A DNA stretch of 20,726 bases, from IMG/VR virus record IMGVR_UViG_3300025082_001358, one strand, 5' to 3'. This document shows, piece after piece, positions 8,234 to 17,571 of the stretch (within the stretch, counting starts at the first letter, position 1; the number at the start of each line of letters is the position of its first letter). Both the position numbers and the translations under genes were made by a program. The notes under the pieces were generated by a model. The model saw nothing but the letters and a program-made list of their open reading frames with translations. It did not search any database and was not told the origin of the DNA. This DNA comes from a virus.

Positions 8234-9257
8234 TCTCGTATTTCTCCAAATTCCTCTCAAACTCATGCAGTCGTTTCCAGATGGAGCGTAACTCTGTGAT
8301 GGTTGTCCAGTTATGGAGGAACAATGCGAACCCGCCGTGTACCTTAGCAAACGCATTACTGACTTGGACTACCACACCAAGTAACACAGCTCCGGTAAAC
8401 AAACTTGGGCCCACAATTAGATACGGCACAATCACCATAAACTGGTCGTATGTAATCATCCAAGTATCAAAGTATCCATAATGCAAATACAGTCTGTGAT
8501 AGTTGAACCTTATGCCTGTAAACAAACTCCATAATGTTTCTGGTTGTGCATAGTTTACTTTATCATTCTCTGCAAACACTAAATCTTTTCTAAACGCCGC
8601 CTCTACCTTCTGGTTGTTATACTCAAGTCCTGGCAGTTTGATACCAACGAACCAAGAGATTACAATACCACCGAGAGATACAACAAGAGCAGTCCAAACT
8701 AATGAACCGGGTATGTCACTAAAGAATGGAATTGTTACTGCACTTGACAAGGCCCACAACACAGGAATAAATGCCACCAAGGTCATCACAGCCCTAACTA
8801 CTTGCAGACCCAATGACTCCACGATACGAGCAAATCTATTACAATCTTCCTGTATACGTTGGCTGGCACCTTCTATTTCTTCCTCTACGGTTCTCCATCT
8901 TGGTATGTAATCAAATGTAATCGCCTCTCGCCATCTCAACCCATATACTCTGGTGAACCATCCAGTTAGCACCGCCAAGATTACATAAGGGAATGCTAAT
9001 ACTGCGAATGATGGTTCACCACTAAAACCATCTAATACATAATCAACCGATATCAGTTTGTCATAAAATAAAGTAACACCTTCTGCTACCTTATCTTTGT
9101 ATGTTCCTGATGTTTGTAATAAATTATAAAACCCGCCATACCAAGTATTGATTGCTACTGTAAGTTGGACTTGAATCCATAGAGAGGCTACTAACAGCGC
9201 ACCGCCGCCGTATGCCCATAAGGCCCACTTCTTACTTCTATAAAATGCTTTGATCAT
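8226..9257 (-). CDS. SbmA/BacA-like inner-membrane peptide transporter (ABC-type transmembrane domain, no nucleotide-binding domain)
   Basis: Multiple hydrophobic helices; AINTWYGGFYNLLQ, EGASQRIQEDCNRF, LEYNNQKVEAAFRKDLV, NWTTITELRSIWKRLHEFE. No Walker motifs. ATG 9257 with GGAG upstream. Confidence 0.88.
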   Translation of the reverse strand: MIKAFYRSKKWALWAYGGGALLVASLWIQVQLTVAINTWYGGFYNLLQTSGTYKDKVAEGVTLFYDKLISVDYVLDGFSGEPSFAVLAFPYVILAVLTGWFTRVYGLRWREAITFDYIPRWRTVEEEIEGASQRIQEDCNRFARIVESLGLQVVRAVMTLVAFIPVLWALSSAVTIPFFSDIPGSLVWTALVVSLGGIVISWFVGIKLPGLEYNNQKVEAAFRKDLVFAENDKVNYAQPETLWSLFTGIRFNYHRLYLHYGYFDTWMITYDQFMVIVPYLIVGPSLFTGAVLLGVVVQVSNAFAKVHGGFALFLHNWTTITELRSIWKRLHEFERNLEKYEIV

Positions 9258-10593
9258 TATTTTCTCTCCAACAATATTTTGGATACTCATCCATCACATC
9301 AAAAATATTAGGATGATTTAAAAGAGCTTGTCGGTATTGTGTCCATTTAATACCACGTCCCCAACCTAATTGTTTCATTATTTCCTTTTTGCTAATAGAT
9401 TTGCTTGTCTTAATCCAATCTATTATTTGGTCTAATTTTTCCGACTCTTGTATCCGACCTGATTCTGACACCAACTTATTAATTTCAAAAGACATTTCAT
9501 CCATTCTATCCCGGTAGAGCATAGTATAAGAATGTTCTAAAGATTCTTGCGCCACTTTATTCCTTTTCTCTAAGGAATCTAAATATTCATTTAACAAATA
9601 AAGCAATTCATCGTGGCCAGTAAAGAAATCTGCAAGCGGATTCAACTCTTTATAATATGTATCATTATACATCACATAAGGAACTCCGTTCATTAAACCA
9701 TCCGTTGTGGCTACACTCCAACCGCCATATATTTGTTTAGGTGAAACTCCCATATAACAATTATTTAATTTGTTATAATACCATTGTTTATTTCCCTTTT
9801 CAACAGTAATATATTCCCTATCAGCAGAAGGTGCGAGTGGCACCCAAACTTTAAAATCCTTCCTTTGATTCCACAGTCTATCACAAACCTCTAAAAAATC
9901 ATTATAATGTTTATATGTATCAGGTCTGTGATTAAATACTATTATTCTTTCTGGATTTGTATTCACCTCTGTGATATCTTCTGCATTTACACCTAGATGC
10001 TGCACCTCAAGTATTTTATCCAACTGCTCTAATACTTTATCATTTACTAAATTCTTTGCTTGATCTAAAACTAATAATTTTTGATGCCAAGTATTTAAAT
10101 AACAAGTTTCATATTCTAATAGACCCATAATGTTCTGATTAAAAGAATGGACGGGCCAACGGACAACAGTGTCCAAATCAAACCAATGACAATAGCCCAT
10201 GAACTTTGGTGCATGGTGTGTTAAATTATATAAAGTATTCTTCAACGCATGAGAATGTTCGGGTAGATGTGACATAATAAGATCAAAATCTTTATCAGAC
10301 CCTATATATTCTCGGAGGGCAACCACATCAAAATGAGAACGCATTGCCGGCGGATATGTGGGAAACGGGACGTAATATTGCGTTACGTTATCGAATACTA
10401 AAGAAGGTACTGGTTTGGGTAATATTAGATAAAACCATAAATCATTTCTGATTTCATTTAAAAGTTTTATCTGTTGCTTAATAACTTGTATATAACTATC
10501 CTTTTCCAAATCTTCTTGGAAAGTTATATTAGGCCAAACTAATATACGGACTGTTTTTGCATATTGAATTTTCTTTTTCTCAAAAATATTCAT
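9238..10593 (-). CDS. GT-B fold glycosyltransferase (GT4-like) with a probable C-terminal winged helix-turn-helix
   Basis: DLIMSHLPEH, IIVFNHR, and a donor-binding segment YGGWSVATTDGLMNGVPYV. The last ~70 aa are a basic helix-helix-helix-wing-like segment. Confidence 0.75.
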   Translation of the reverse strand: MNIFEKKKIQYAKTVRILVWPNITFQEDLEKDSYIQVIKQQIKLLNEIRNDLWFYLILPKPVPSLVFDNVTQYYVPFPTYPPAMRSHFDVVALREYIGSDKDFDLIMSHLPEHSHALKNTLYNLTHHAPKFMGYCHWFDLDTVVRWPVHSFNQNIMGLLEYETCYLNTWHQKLLVLDQAKNLVNDKVLEQLDKILEVQHLGVNAEDITEVNTNPERIIVFNHRPDTYKHYNDFLEVCDRLWNQRKDFKVWVPLAPSADREYITVEKGNKQWYYNKLNNCYMGVSPKQIYGGWSVATTDGLMNGVPYVMYNDTYYKELNPLADFFTGHDELLYLLNEYLDSLEKRNKVAQESLEHSYTMLYRDRMDEMSFEINKLVSESGRIQESEKLDQIIDWIKTSKSISKKEIMKQLGWGRGIKWTQYRQALLNHPNIFDVMDEYPKYCWRENNDQSIL

Positions 10594-11738
10594 CGTATAA
10601 TATCCAATTCTTCCATATTAGATGTATTCCAAACTTCTACCTTTTTACGCAGTCGACCCTCCTTTATTAAATTCTCATATCTTTTGGTTGATTTCTTTTT
10701 CCACCACTTAATAATATTTTCTAATTCATACTTCTCCCACTGGTCACTTTTTACTAAAGTATCAGTTTCTCCTAAAAAATATTCTCTGCTATTTTCAAAA
10801 CCATAAGTTGAAGAATAAAACCTTTTCTGTGTAGTAATAGAACCGGCACGTTTCTTAAATTCTTGGAACTTTTCAAAAGCTTCAGTATCATGCTCTTTTA
10901 ATGAATTAGTAATAATACTAATCATTTTATTTTGTGTTCTTAATTTATGACCAGTAATTGGAGTGCCGGCTTCTGTAACAGGGCATATTAATGGCTCTCC
11001 ATCATTCTTTTTATAAAACCAATCTCTCATTGAAAAATACACTTCATCACTAAAAGTTAAAAACAACTTTGATATTGTATCGCCTTTATATTTTAAATAT
11101 GGTCGCATACCATCATACATACTACCGCCTTTAATATTACCATATAACGATGTAGTTTCAAATAAACAAAATGGACCCCCATACTTATCATTTAATCTCC
11201 TCCTTATATCATGGCTACAACAAATTGAAGCCATTAACTTACCACCTAAATAATTAAATCCAAATGGCTGTGCGGGTACAATAATAAATCCCATAATAGC
11301 ACTTTGATTAAATCGACCAATTTCTTCTTTATTCTTTCCGTCTATAGGTCGGCCGAGCCATTCATTTCTAGGATTAATACTTATCATCGGAGAGGCCATT
11401 TTAATAAACCCGCAAATCTTTCCAGAATTCTTCTCCTGCACACAATACTTTTGTACACGACCTGGAGGATTATCCGGAGTAAAACTTGCTGTAATCTCTA
11501 ACAAATTTTCAAACACCTCATTTGGTCGTTTTGTTATTTCAAACTCCATATCCTGTGGGTGCATATCCCAATCTTGAAACAAATCATCCGATGGGTTTAA
11601 ACCAAATAAAGGAGCTGGCATCTTCGCAATGCGCTCTATCTTTCTTTTTCTAAAATAACTATCAATACGGTCAAATGAATCAAAAAACTTTACAAGTTTA
11701 TTTGCCGACCAATAAGCTTCTTCTTTTGTTAATATCAT
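10590..11738 (-). CDS. DUF4338 / Druantia DruA-like protein
   Basis: PGRVQKYCVQEKNSGKICGFI, VPAQPFGFNYLGGKLMA, FETTSLYG, SMYDG recalled as the DUF4338 pattern. ATGA overlap with the glycosyltransferase. Confidence 0.7.
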   Translation of the reverse strand: MILTKEEAYWSANKLVKFFDSFDRIDSYFRKRKIERIAKMPAPLFGLNPSDDLFQDWDMHPQDMEFEITKRPNEVFENLLEITASFTPDNPPGRVQKYCVQEKNSGKICGFIKMASPMISINPRNEWLGRPIDGKNKEEIGRFNQSAIMGFIIVPAQPFGFNYLGGKLMASICCSHDIRRRLNDKYGGPFCLFETTSLYGNIKGGSMYDGMRPYLKYKGDTISKLFLTFSDEVYFSMRDWFYKKNDGEPLICPVTEAGTPITGHKLRTQNKMISIITNSLKEHDTEAFEKFQEFKKRAGSITTQKRFYSSTYGFENSREYFLGETDTLVKSDQWEKYELENIIKWWKKKSTKRYENLIKEGRLRKKVEVWNTSNMEELDIIR

Positions 11739-12039
11739 ATAATGTATATTTCACTGTTAATTCTTCACCCGCCTCTATATCTTTATCACCAACTGACAAA
11801 AAAATGTATTCAGAGGTTGGATCATCTTTACATATCTTTACACAATTAGGAGTATCACTATGATTTATAAACCCACCTAAAGGAGTTCTCCATACACCAT
11901 CATGCGCTGGCTCAGCCTTTATCCAACCTATACCTAAAAATCTTTCAGCAGGAATTCTTTCTACGGCAAATAAACCAAGGCCATGTACTTTTGATTCTTT
12001 AATCGTTAAGGTATCTGGTAATGGATTATACATTTTCAT
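11698..12039 (-). CDS. Minimal SET-domain protein (putative lysine methyltransferase)
   Basis: SKVHGLGLFA (GxG), GGFINHSDTPNC (NHS..PN), IEAGEELTVKY (EL..Y). ATGA overlap with the gp43 stop. Confidence 0.9.
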   Translation of the reverse strand: MKMYNPLPDTLTIKESKVHGLGLFAVERIPAERFLGIGWIKAEPAHDGVWRTPLGGFINHSDTPNCVKICKDDPTSEYIFLSVGDKDIEAGEELTVKYTLYDINKRRSLLVGK

Positions 12040-14540
12040 CCGAACAACGCCTCTAATGTTCTCTGTGTACCATAACTTCTATCAATTTGCCAACCAATCT
12101 CTTTTACAATAAAATTTAAAGGTTCAACAAAACTCTTATCAAACATTATATCACGATCTATAATATCATTCAAGTCAAATTCTTTAGGAAAATTTGCTAT
12201 AAATGAAATTGAATTACTTTGAAGTATGTTTGGTTTTCTCAATTCAAGATATTTTATCTTCTCACCTTCTTGTATCAGCGGATACTTATGAGTAAGATTT
12301 TTCTGCTTCAAAAGGTGATTATACATTAACACACCTTTAACATGAATAGGGGTGCCCTTCTTAAAAACGCCGGAAGAATCCGACCACTTAGATAGCCCAT
12401 TACAAGACCTTGGATATGCTATTTCTTCTGGAGACAATTTCATAAACACCTTACGGAAGCTTTGTATAAATGTATTTAAAGATACTTCATCATCATTAAT
12501 AATAATTTTCAAAGCTGTTTTAATCATATCTCTACACGGTGCTGGTGTAGAAGATTTCACCGCCTCTATACCCATCATCTTTATCCTAGGCTCATCATAA
12601 CGAACCCCCTCACTATCATGGACATTTAAGATATATCTTTTCTTCGCAATCCAAATGGCTTTATCTGCAATAACTTCTCGCTTCATAAACATTTTTTGGT
12701 CAAAGGCATTTACATATTCAGCAAGCTCTCCATAAGATTCATCAATAAAAGGTTCCAACTTCTGCGAAGCGACTTTGGCCAAGAAAGTGACGATTTTATC
12801 TGTCGGTATATTATCTCTTTCGCGAAAAGATTTAGATACCAATTCATCAAGGCAGACGTAAATGGAATCTGTATCTGATGCAACCACATAATCCTTATCT
12901 TCTGTTTGTAAAATTCTGTTAAGATATTCATTTACTTTATTTTCAATCCATCTAATCGACAACTGTCCTGCTGTTGTAATTGCAGTTGCCATACTGTTAC
13001 TATAAAATCTAAAATATTCATTACCAATAGCACCATATGCGCTATTCAAGGCAATCTTTCTCGCCATTTGAATATTATTAAATTTAGAAATATCGTTTAA
13101 ATATTTCGTTTGTTTTGTTTCTTCATATTTTTTCCGAGCTTCAATAGATTTCTGTTTAAAAATAACTCTTTCAGAATAAAACTTCTCCATCAATGCGGGC
13201 ATGAAGCCTTTATATTTATTCGTAAACATAGATCCATTTGGTGTAGTAGAGCAATTTGGATCAAAATAAATATGCGAACTTTTCTCCAACAATGCTTCGA
13301 CATTAACACTAAGATTTCTATCCTTCATTAAAGTTTCTGTAGAAATATTATACTGCTGTATCAGATGTGGATACAAACTATTTAAATCAAATGATACAAT
13401 CCATTTATGCAAACCAACTTGTGGTTCTTTTACATAAGCACCCTCATATCTCTCTCCCTTACTACTACGAGTTTTCATCGGCGTAATTACATTTCTCTCC
13501 CACAAGAAGTTGAAAATAATAACATCCCACATCCGAACTTGAGAAAATACATCTTGAGGATTCATTCTACCCTCATACGCCATGGTTAAATGCAACTCAA
13601 TGAGTTTCATTTTTTCCTCAAGCCGGTCAATAAGCTCTACGTCTTGGATATTGTAATCAATAAACGATTGATAATCATTTGTATACCATTCTTTATAAGT
13701 TTCGTATGGGTTCTCATGTTTCTGCTGACCTAACTCTACTTGTGCTATATAATCTAAACGATAAGATTCTCTATTTGTATAAGTATATTTTCTATACAAC
13801 TCCAAATAATCCAATGTAGATATTCCAAAAATATCATATGAATTTTGCGGCCGAGCGCCTATATATGTTGTTCTTGAATGTACAATATTCCATGGAGAAA
13901 ATCTATTCTTTTCATCTTCTCCCAATATCTTATCTATTCTATTACAAAGATATGGCATATCAAAATACTTAATATTCCATCCAGTAATAATATCTGGGCC
14001 ATAATTTTCCCAGAAATCTAAAAATCGTTTTAAAAGATCCTTTTCATTATAGCATTCAACATATTGAACATCAGAATTATGAATCTCATACGGGCGAGTG
14101 CCCCAAACAAGAATTTGTTTGTTAGTATAATTTTTTACTGTAATCGAAAGTAGTTCTTCCTCTGCGACTGTCGGATCAGGAAAACCATTCTCTGAGGCGA
14201 CCTCAATATCTAAAGAAAGAACATTTAATTGACTAAAATCCCAATTAACAATTCCTGGATGGTTTTCAGCCAACCAAGAAAAGGCGAATCTTTCCATACC
14301 AAATACTAAATCTTTTTGATCCTCATATTTCTCCATGAACTGTTTAGCCTCATGGATACTATCAAAGGAAATCGGAGCGAGAGAATGTCCGGAAAGGGAT
14401 TTGTAATCTGTCTTTTTTTGAACGGGAACGTAAAGCGTAGGCTTATACCGTACTTTACGTTTTACTTTTTTCCCGTCTTTAAACTCACGAATGAGGAGAT
14501 TATTTCCACGCTGAATAACATTAATATAAAAATCTTTCAT
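12036..14540 (-). CDS. 43: T4 gp43-like family B DNA polymerase
   Basis: ExoI LDIEV, ExoII GWNIKYFD, DLNSLYP, KIALNSAYG, SDTDS, KKRY. 834 aa, uninterrupted. Confidence 0.98.
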   Translation of the reverse strand: MKDFYINVIQRGNNLLIREFKDGKKVKRKVRYKPTLYVPVQKKTDYKSLSGHSLAPISFDSIHEAKQFMEKYEDQKDLVFGMERFAFSWLAENHPGIVNWDFSQLNVLSLDIEVASENGFPDPTVAEEELLSITVKNYTNKQILVWGTRPYEIHNSDVQYVECYNEKDLLKRFLDFWENYGPDIITGWNIKYFDMPYLCNRIDKILGEDEKNRFSPWNIVHSRTTYIGARPQNSYDIFGISTLDYLELYRKYTYTNRESYRLDYIAQVELGQQKHENPYETYKEWYTNDYQSFIDYNIQDVELIDRLEEKMKLIELHLTMAYEGRMNPQDVFSQVRMWDVIIFNFLWERNVITPMKTRSSKGERYEGAYVKEPQVGLHKWIVSFDLNSLYPHLIQQYNISTETLMKDRNLSVNVEALLEKSSHIYFDPNCSTTPNGSMFTNKYKGFMPALMEKFYSERVIFKQKSIEARKKYEETKQTKYLNDISKFNNIQMARKIALNSAYGAIGNEYFRFYSNSMATAITTAGQLSIRWIENKVNEYLNRILQTEDKDYVVASDTDSIYVCLDELVSKSFRERDNIPTDKIVTFLAKVASQKLEPFIDESYGELAEYVNAFDQKMFMKREVIADKAIWIAKKRYILNVHDSEGVRYDEPRIKMMGIEAVKSSTPAPCRDMIKTALKIIINDDEVSLNTFIQSFRKVFMKLSPEEIAYPRSCNGLSKWSDSSGVFKKGTPIHVKGVLMYNHLLKQKNLTHKYPLIQEGEKIKYLELRKPNILQSNSISFIANFPKEFDLNDIIDRDIMFDKSFVEPLNFIVKEIGWQIDRSYGTQRTLEALFG

Positions 14541-14552
14541 TCAACCATTATA

Positions 14553-16028
14553 TCATATATTCTTCTTTTTGTCTACTACATTTTCATCTCTTCCTGTCCA
14601 GTCAGAAAGGATAAATCGTTTGTTAGGATTTACTGCAACTTTAAATCTCGTAAGTAAATCTCTATTAACCAACATCTCACTAAAACTATCTTCCTCTGTC
14701 AATCCAAAAGGCACGTTTTCATATCTCTTATTAGCAAAGGATATTCCTAATTCTATAATAGGTCTTTCATTCATTTTACTAATATGTTTTGGATGACTTG
14801 TGCCTATAATTTCAGACTTAAATTTATTCTTATTCTTTTCCCAATGGACTACATCGCCATCAATATCTATTTTATCCACATGAAACATTGTAGCTGTTGT
14901 TCCATTACCTGTATCCATTTTAGCACGAATTGGATCATCAATGCCGTCAATCATTATAGACTCTATATAACCACACTCTCTCCTAAATCTACTTCTTCGA
15001 TGTAATTCGTATTGCATATATTTTATCATCATTGTAAATATTTCTTTATCGCTTTTCGGTCCAATATTTTTCTGAGGCCATTCTATCATATCGTAACCTT
15101 CAAACTTTGATCGAATGCCTGGAGAACCATTACATTCTAAAATCTTAACTTCGCCGTCAACTATACAATGATCCACGCCCATCATATAACCACCCGTTGC
15201 TCGGGCTGCTGCTAAAATAACTTCCTTCTCACTATCTTTTAAGATATATGGTTTTGTAGTCGCACCTAGATGGACATTACTTCTAAATTCTTTCTTACTA
15301 GTTATTCTTTTTGCCGAACCTATAATGCGATTATTAACAACTAAAGTCCTAACATCAAAATCTATATCTAACCACTCTTGAATTAAAATAGGAGCATTAT
15401 ATTTCCAAAGAGCTTCACAAACAGATACCATTGACTCCATATCATTAACTTTAGCAACACCAATACCTTGAGTACCAGTTAGAGTTTTTACAATAGCAGG
15501 AAATTTTCCACCAATGTGTTTATGAGCATCTTCAATACTTTTTCTATTATTAACTACTGACGTTCTAGGAATTGAAATATTATGACTGGATAATTGAATT
15601 GCTGTTGCCATTTTGTTATCACACAATAACATTGACTCCAAATCATTTACCATAAAACAACCAGCACTTTCAAACAAACTAGTTAAAGCTTGTCCTGCCA
15701 TATCCATAATGGCACCACGTCGGACAAATACAACAGCTTCAGATGTTTTTATATGTTCTTTAGCATCTTTACCATTATAATTTGAAATGGTTAAAGTTTT
15801 TTTCTCAATATCTTGGTCAGATATCCAAGCCTCTTGAACATTAATAGAGGTACATTTTATATCTAGATCCTTACAGACTTCCTGTAAAATATCATTAACT
15901 GTGCCTCCACCTTCATCTATACCTAAAACTACAAGTTCTATTTTAGATTTTTTTGCTGGTGTTGATTCTTTTTTCTGTTCAGCCAAAGTTCCTCTGGCTT
16001 TACGAACCATTGAAAATGAATTTGTCAT
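14553..16028 (-). CDS. RimK-like ATP-grasp ligase fused to a C-terminal retropepsin-like (RimB / putative ATP-dependent Zn protease family) domain
   Basis: ATP-grasp motifs: CDNKMAT, KTLTGTQGIGV, ILIQEWL, DVRTLVV, FRSNVHLG, GVD, LECNGSPG. C-terminal RAKMDTGNG (Asp372, nt 14907-14915) and MLVNRDLL. Confidence 0.88.
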   Translation of the reverse strand: MTNSFSMVRKARGTLAEQKKESTPAKKSKIELVVLGIDEGGGTVNDILQEVCKDLDIKCTSINVQEAWISDQDIEKKTLTISNYNGKDAKEHIKTSEAVVFVRRGAIMDMAGQALTSLFESAGCFMVNDLESMLLCDNKMATAIQLSSHNISIPRTSVVNNRKSIEDAHKHIGGKFPAIVKTLTGTQGIGVAKVNDMESMVSVCEALWKYNAPILIQEWLDIDFDVRTLVVNNRIIGSAKRITSKKEFRSNVHLGATTKPYILKDSEKEVILAAARATGGYMMGVDHCIVDGEVKILECNGSPGIRSKFEGYDMIEWPQKNIGPKSDKEIFTMMIKYMQYELHRRSRFRRECGYIESIMIDGIDDPIRAKMDTGNGTTATMFHVDKIDIDGDVVHWEKNKNKFKSEIIGTSHPKHISKMNERPIIELGISFANKRYENVPFGLTEEDSFSEMLVNRDLLTRFKVAVNPNKRFILSDWTGRDENVVDKKKNI

Positions 16029-16031
16029 TTA

Positions 16032-16328
16032 TTATCCCATTAAAACTTTTGGCTGTGGTACTGCTATACCAGAACCAAAAACTCTACGGTAGTTATCTTC
16101 AATTTCTTGGGAGGGGTTTGATACAGTTACTACCCAATCCTTTGCAATAGAAAATTCTTTACTTTTACTAAAAGGCTGCCATGGCACCATACCCATCTGT
16201 ATTGTATTTCCTCTACCGTCTGGCATAGGCATTAGTACGGCAGGGTTCTCTATACGATAGCTCGTTTCAGTTTCATACAATTCTCCTAATACATCCTCAC
16301 CACTTTGCATTCTCAATAATTTAATCAT
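16032..16328 (-). CDS. Small conserved T4-like protein, Sm-like fold
   Basis: MIKLLRMQSGEDVLGEL...IENPAVL...MVPWQPF...FGSGIAVP pattern, typical of genes between regA and gp43 in marine T4-like phages (from memory). ATG 16328 overlaps the regA stop. Confidence 0.7.
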   Translation of the reverse strand: MIKLLRMQSGEDVLGELYETETSYRIENPAVLMPMPDGRGNTIQMGMVPWQPFSKSKEFSIAKDWVVTVSNPSQEIEDNYRRVFGSGIAVPQPKVLMG

Positions 16329-16725
16329 CACGTTTCTTTCCAATATTATATTTTGTTTCCAAGACCCACTCGTCCTTTTCCCTAAAAGATAAAATCTTTA
16401 TTTGGGATAACGGTGCTCTCGGTTCAGCTATACCAACAATCTCTAAAAGGTCCCATTCTTCTAACAATTTTGTTATAGCGTTTCTGCGCTCTACATCATT
16501 TTGCGACAAATTTGCTTGCTTTCCATCCAGCGCAAACAATTCTTTAAAATGCACTATAAAATAAAGACCTTGTTTGTGTAGAATATGACAAGACTGGTAT
16601 AACTTCTTCTCTTTGCGAGAAGATACTCCTATGCGGGATAATGTTTCACGAATTTTTAGAAAATCATCCGGATCCTTTAGGCGGACTTCTAACATCAATC
16701 CTGGATCCCATTCCACCAACTCCAT
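16321..16725 (-). CDS. regA: RegA translational repressor
   Basis: DFLKIRETLSRIGV, YQSCHILHKQGLYFIVHFKELFALDG. ATG 16725 with GAGGTGG upstream. Confidence 0.96.
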   Translation of the reverse strand: MELVEWDPGLMLEVRLKDPDDFLKIRETLSRIGVSSRKEKKLYQSCHILHKQGLYFIVHFKELFALDGKQANLSQNDVERRNAITKLLEEWDLLEIVGIAEPRAPLSQIKILSFREKDEWVLETKYNIGKKRDD

Positions 16726-17125
16726 TTTTTCCACCTCGACTTATTATTTTTTTTATATAATCAATTTGTTCATTAGTTAATATATCAAGAGCTTGTCTAG
16801 CCTTTTCATTACTATAACCATAATACTCTTTAACATAATCAAGATTTTTAATCTTGTTAGACCTAATCCACTTACTAAATCTCTTTTTGGGTCTTATACT
16901 ATTTAGTAAAAATTGAAATTGAAGGTTCTTATCAAGGTGATGCATTTTATTCATTTCATTAACAAACAAAATACAATCTGGGAAAGAAGATAATGCCTTG
17001 TTTACTATAAAGGCAGGGTATCTCTTTTCCCAAAATTCATCTTCACTATCCATCAAATCAATTTTCTGATGATTGATAGCATTAAGATAATGTTTTAATT
17101 GGTATGGAGGTTCTTGATTTTTCAT
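16664..17125 (-). CDS. 62: gp62 clamp-loader small subunit
   Basis: YLNAIN, YPAFIVNKALS, LQFQFLLNSIRPKKRFSKW, VKEYYGYSNEKARQALDIL. ATG 17125 in an ATGA overlap with the GNAT gene. Confidence 0.94.
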   Translation of the reverse strand: MKNQEPPYQLKHYLNAINHQKIDLMDSEDEFWEKRYPAFIVNKALSSFPDCILFVNEMNKMHHLDKNLQFQFLLNSIRPKKRFSKWIRSNKIKNLDYVKEYYGYSNEKARQALDILTNEQIDYIKKIISRGGKNGVGGMGSRIDVRSPPKGSG

Positions 17126-17571
17126 AGCCAAACTAAACTTCCTTCATTCTTATATAGATAAACATCACCTGGTAAAGATCCTTTAGACCAATTGTGCTCT
17201 CCCACTAAAGACATTCCCATCTTTGTATAAAAACTTTTGGCTACAATATTATCTCTACGCACGGACAACCAAACTAATGTATTAATGTAATCAAAAAAAC
17301 ATTGTAAAGTTTTCGCTGCATTTGCTTTCTCATCATTTTTATCCTTAACTATTTGCTGTAGCAAACAATGATCCTTGAGAGCCAAGACCGTACCTATTTT
17401 CTGGGGACGTTTATAAATCTTATAAGTGATAATAACCCCATTCTCAAAAATACAACGATTAGCTGCAATCTCACGCTTTATAAAATCAGTTCTAATGTGA
17501 GGAAATATATCTCTATATTGATAGAAAATCTCTTTAACTTTTTCAAAATCTTCTGTAGTTGCGTGTTTCAT
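17122..17571 (-). CDS. GNAT-family acetyltransferase
   Basis: C-terminal motif B WLSVRRDNIVAKSFYTKMGM (L.V...N..A..FY.K.G.). The motif A acetyl-CoA loop looks degenerate. ATGA overlaps on both sides. Confidence 0.7.
   Translation of the reverse strand: MKHATTEDFEKVKEIFYQYRDIFPHIRTDFIKREIAANRCIFENGVIITYKIYKRPQKIGTVLALKDHCLLQQIVKDKNDEKANAAKTLQCFFDYINTLVWLSVRRDNIVAKSFYTKMGMSLVGEHNWSKGSLPGDVYLYKNEGSLVWL

Noticed and set aside
12036-14540. Intein or intron in gp43 (also checked gp41, uvsX, gp44)
   Set aside because: All are uninterrupted and of normal length, with no splicing or homing-endonuclease motifs.
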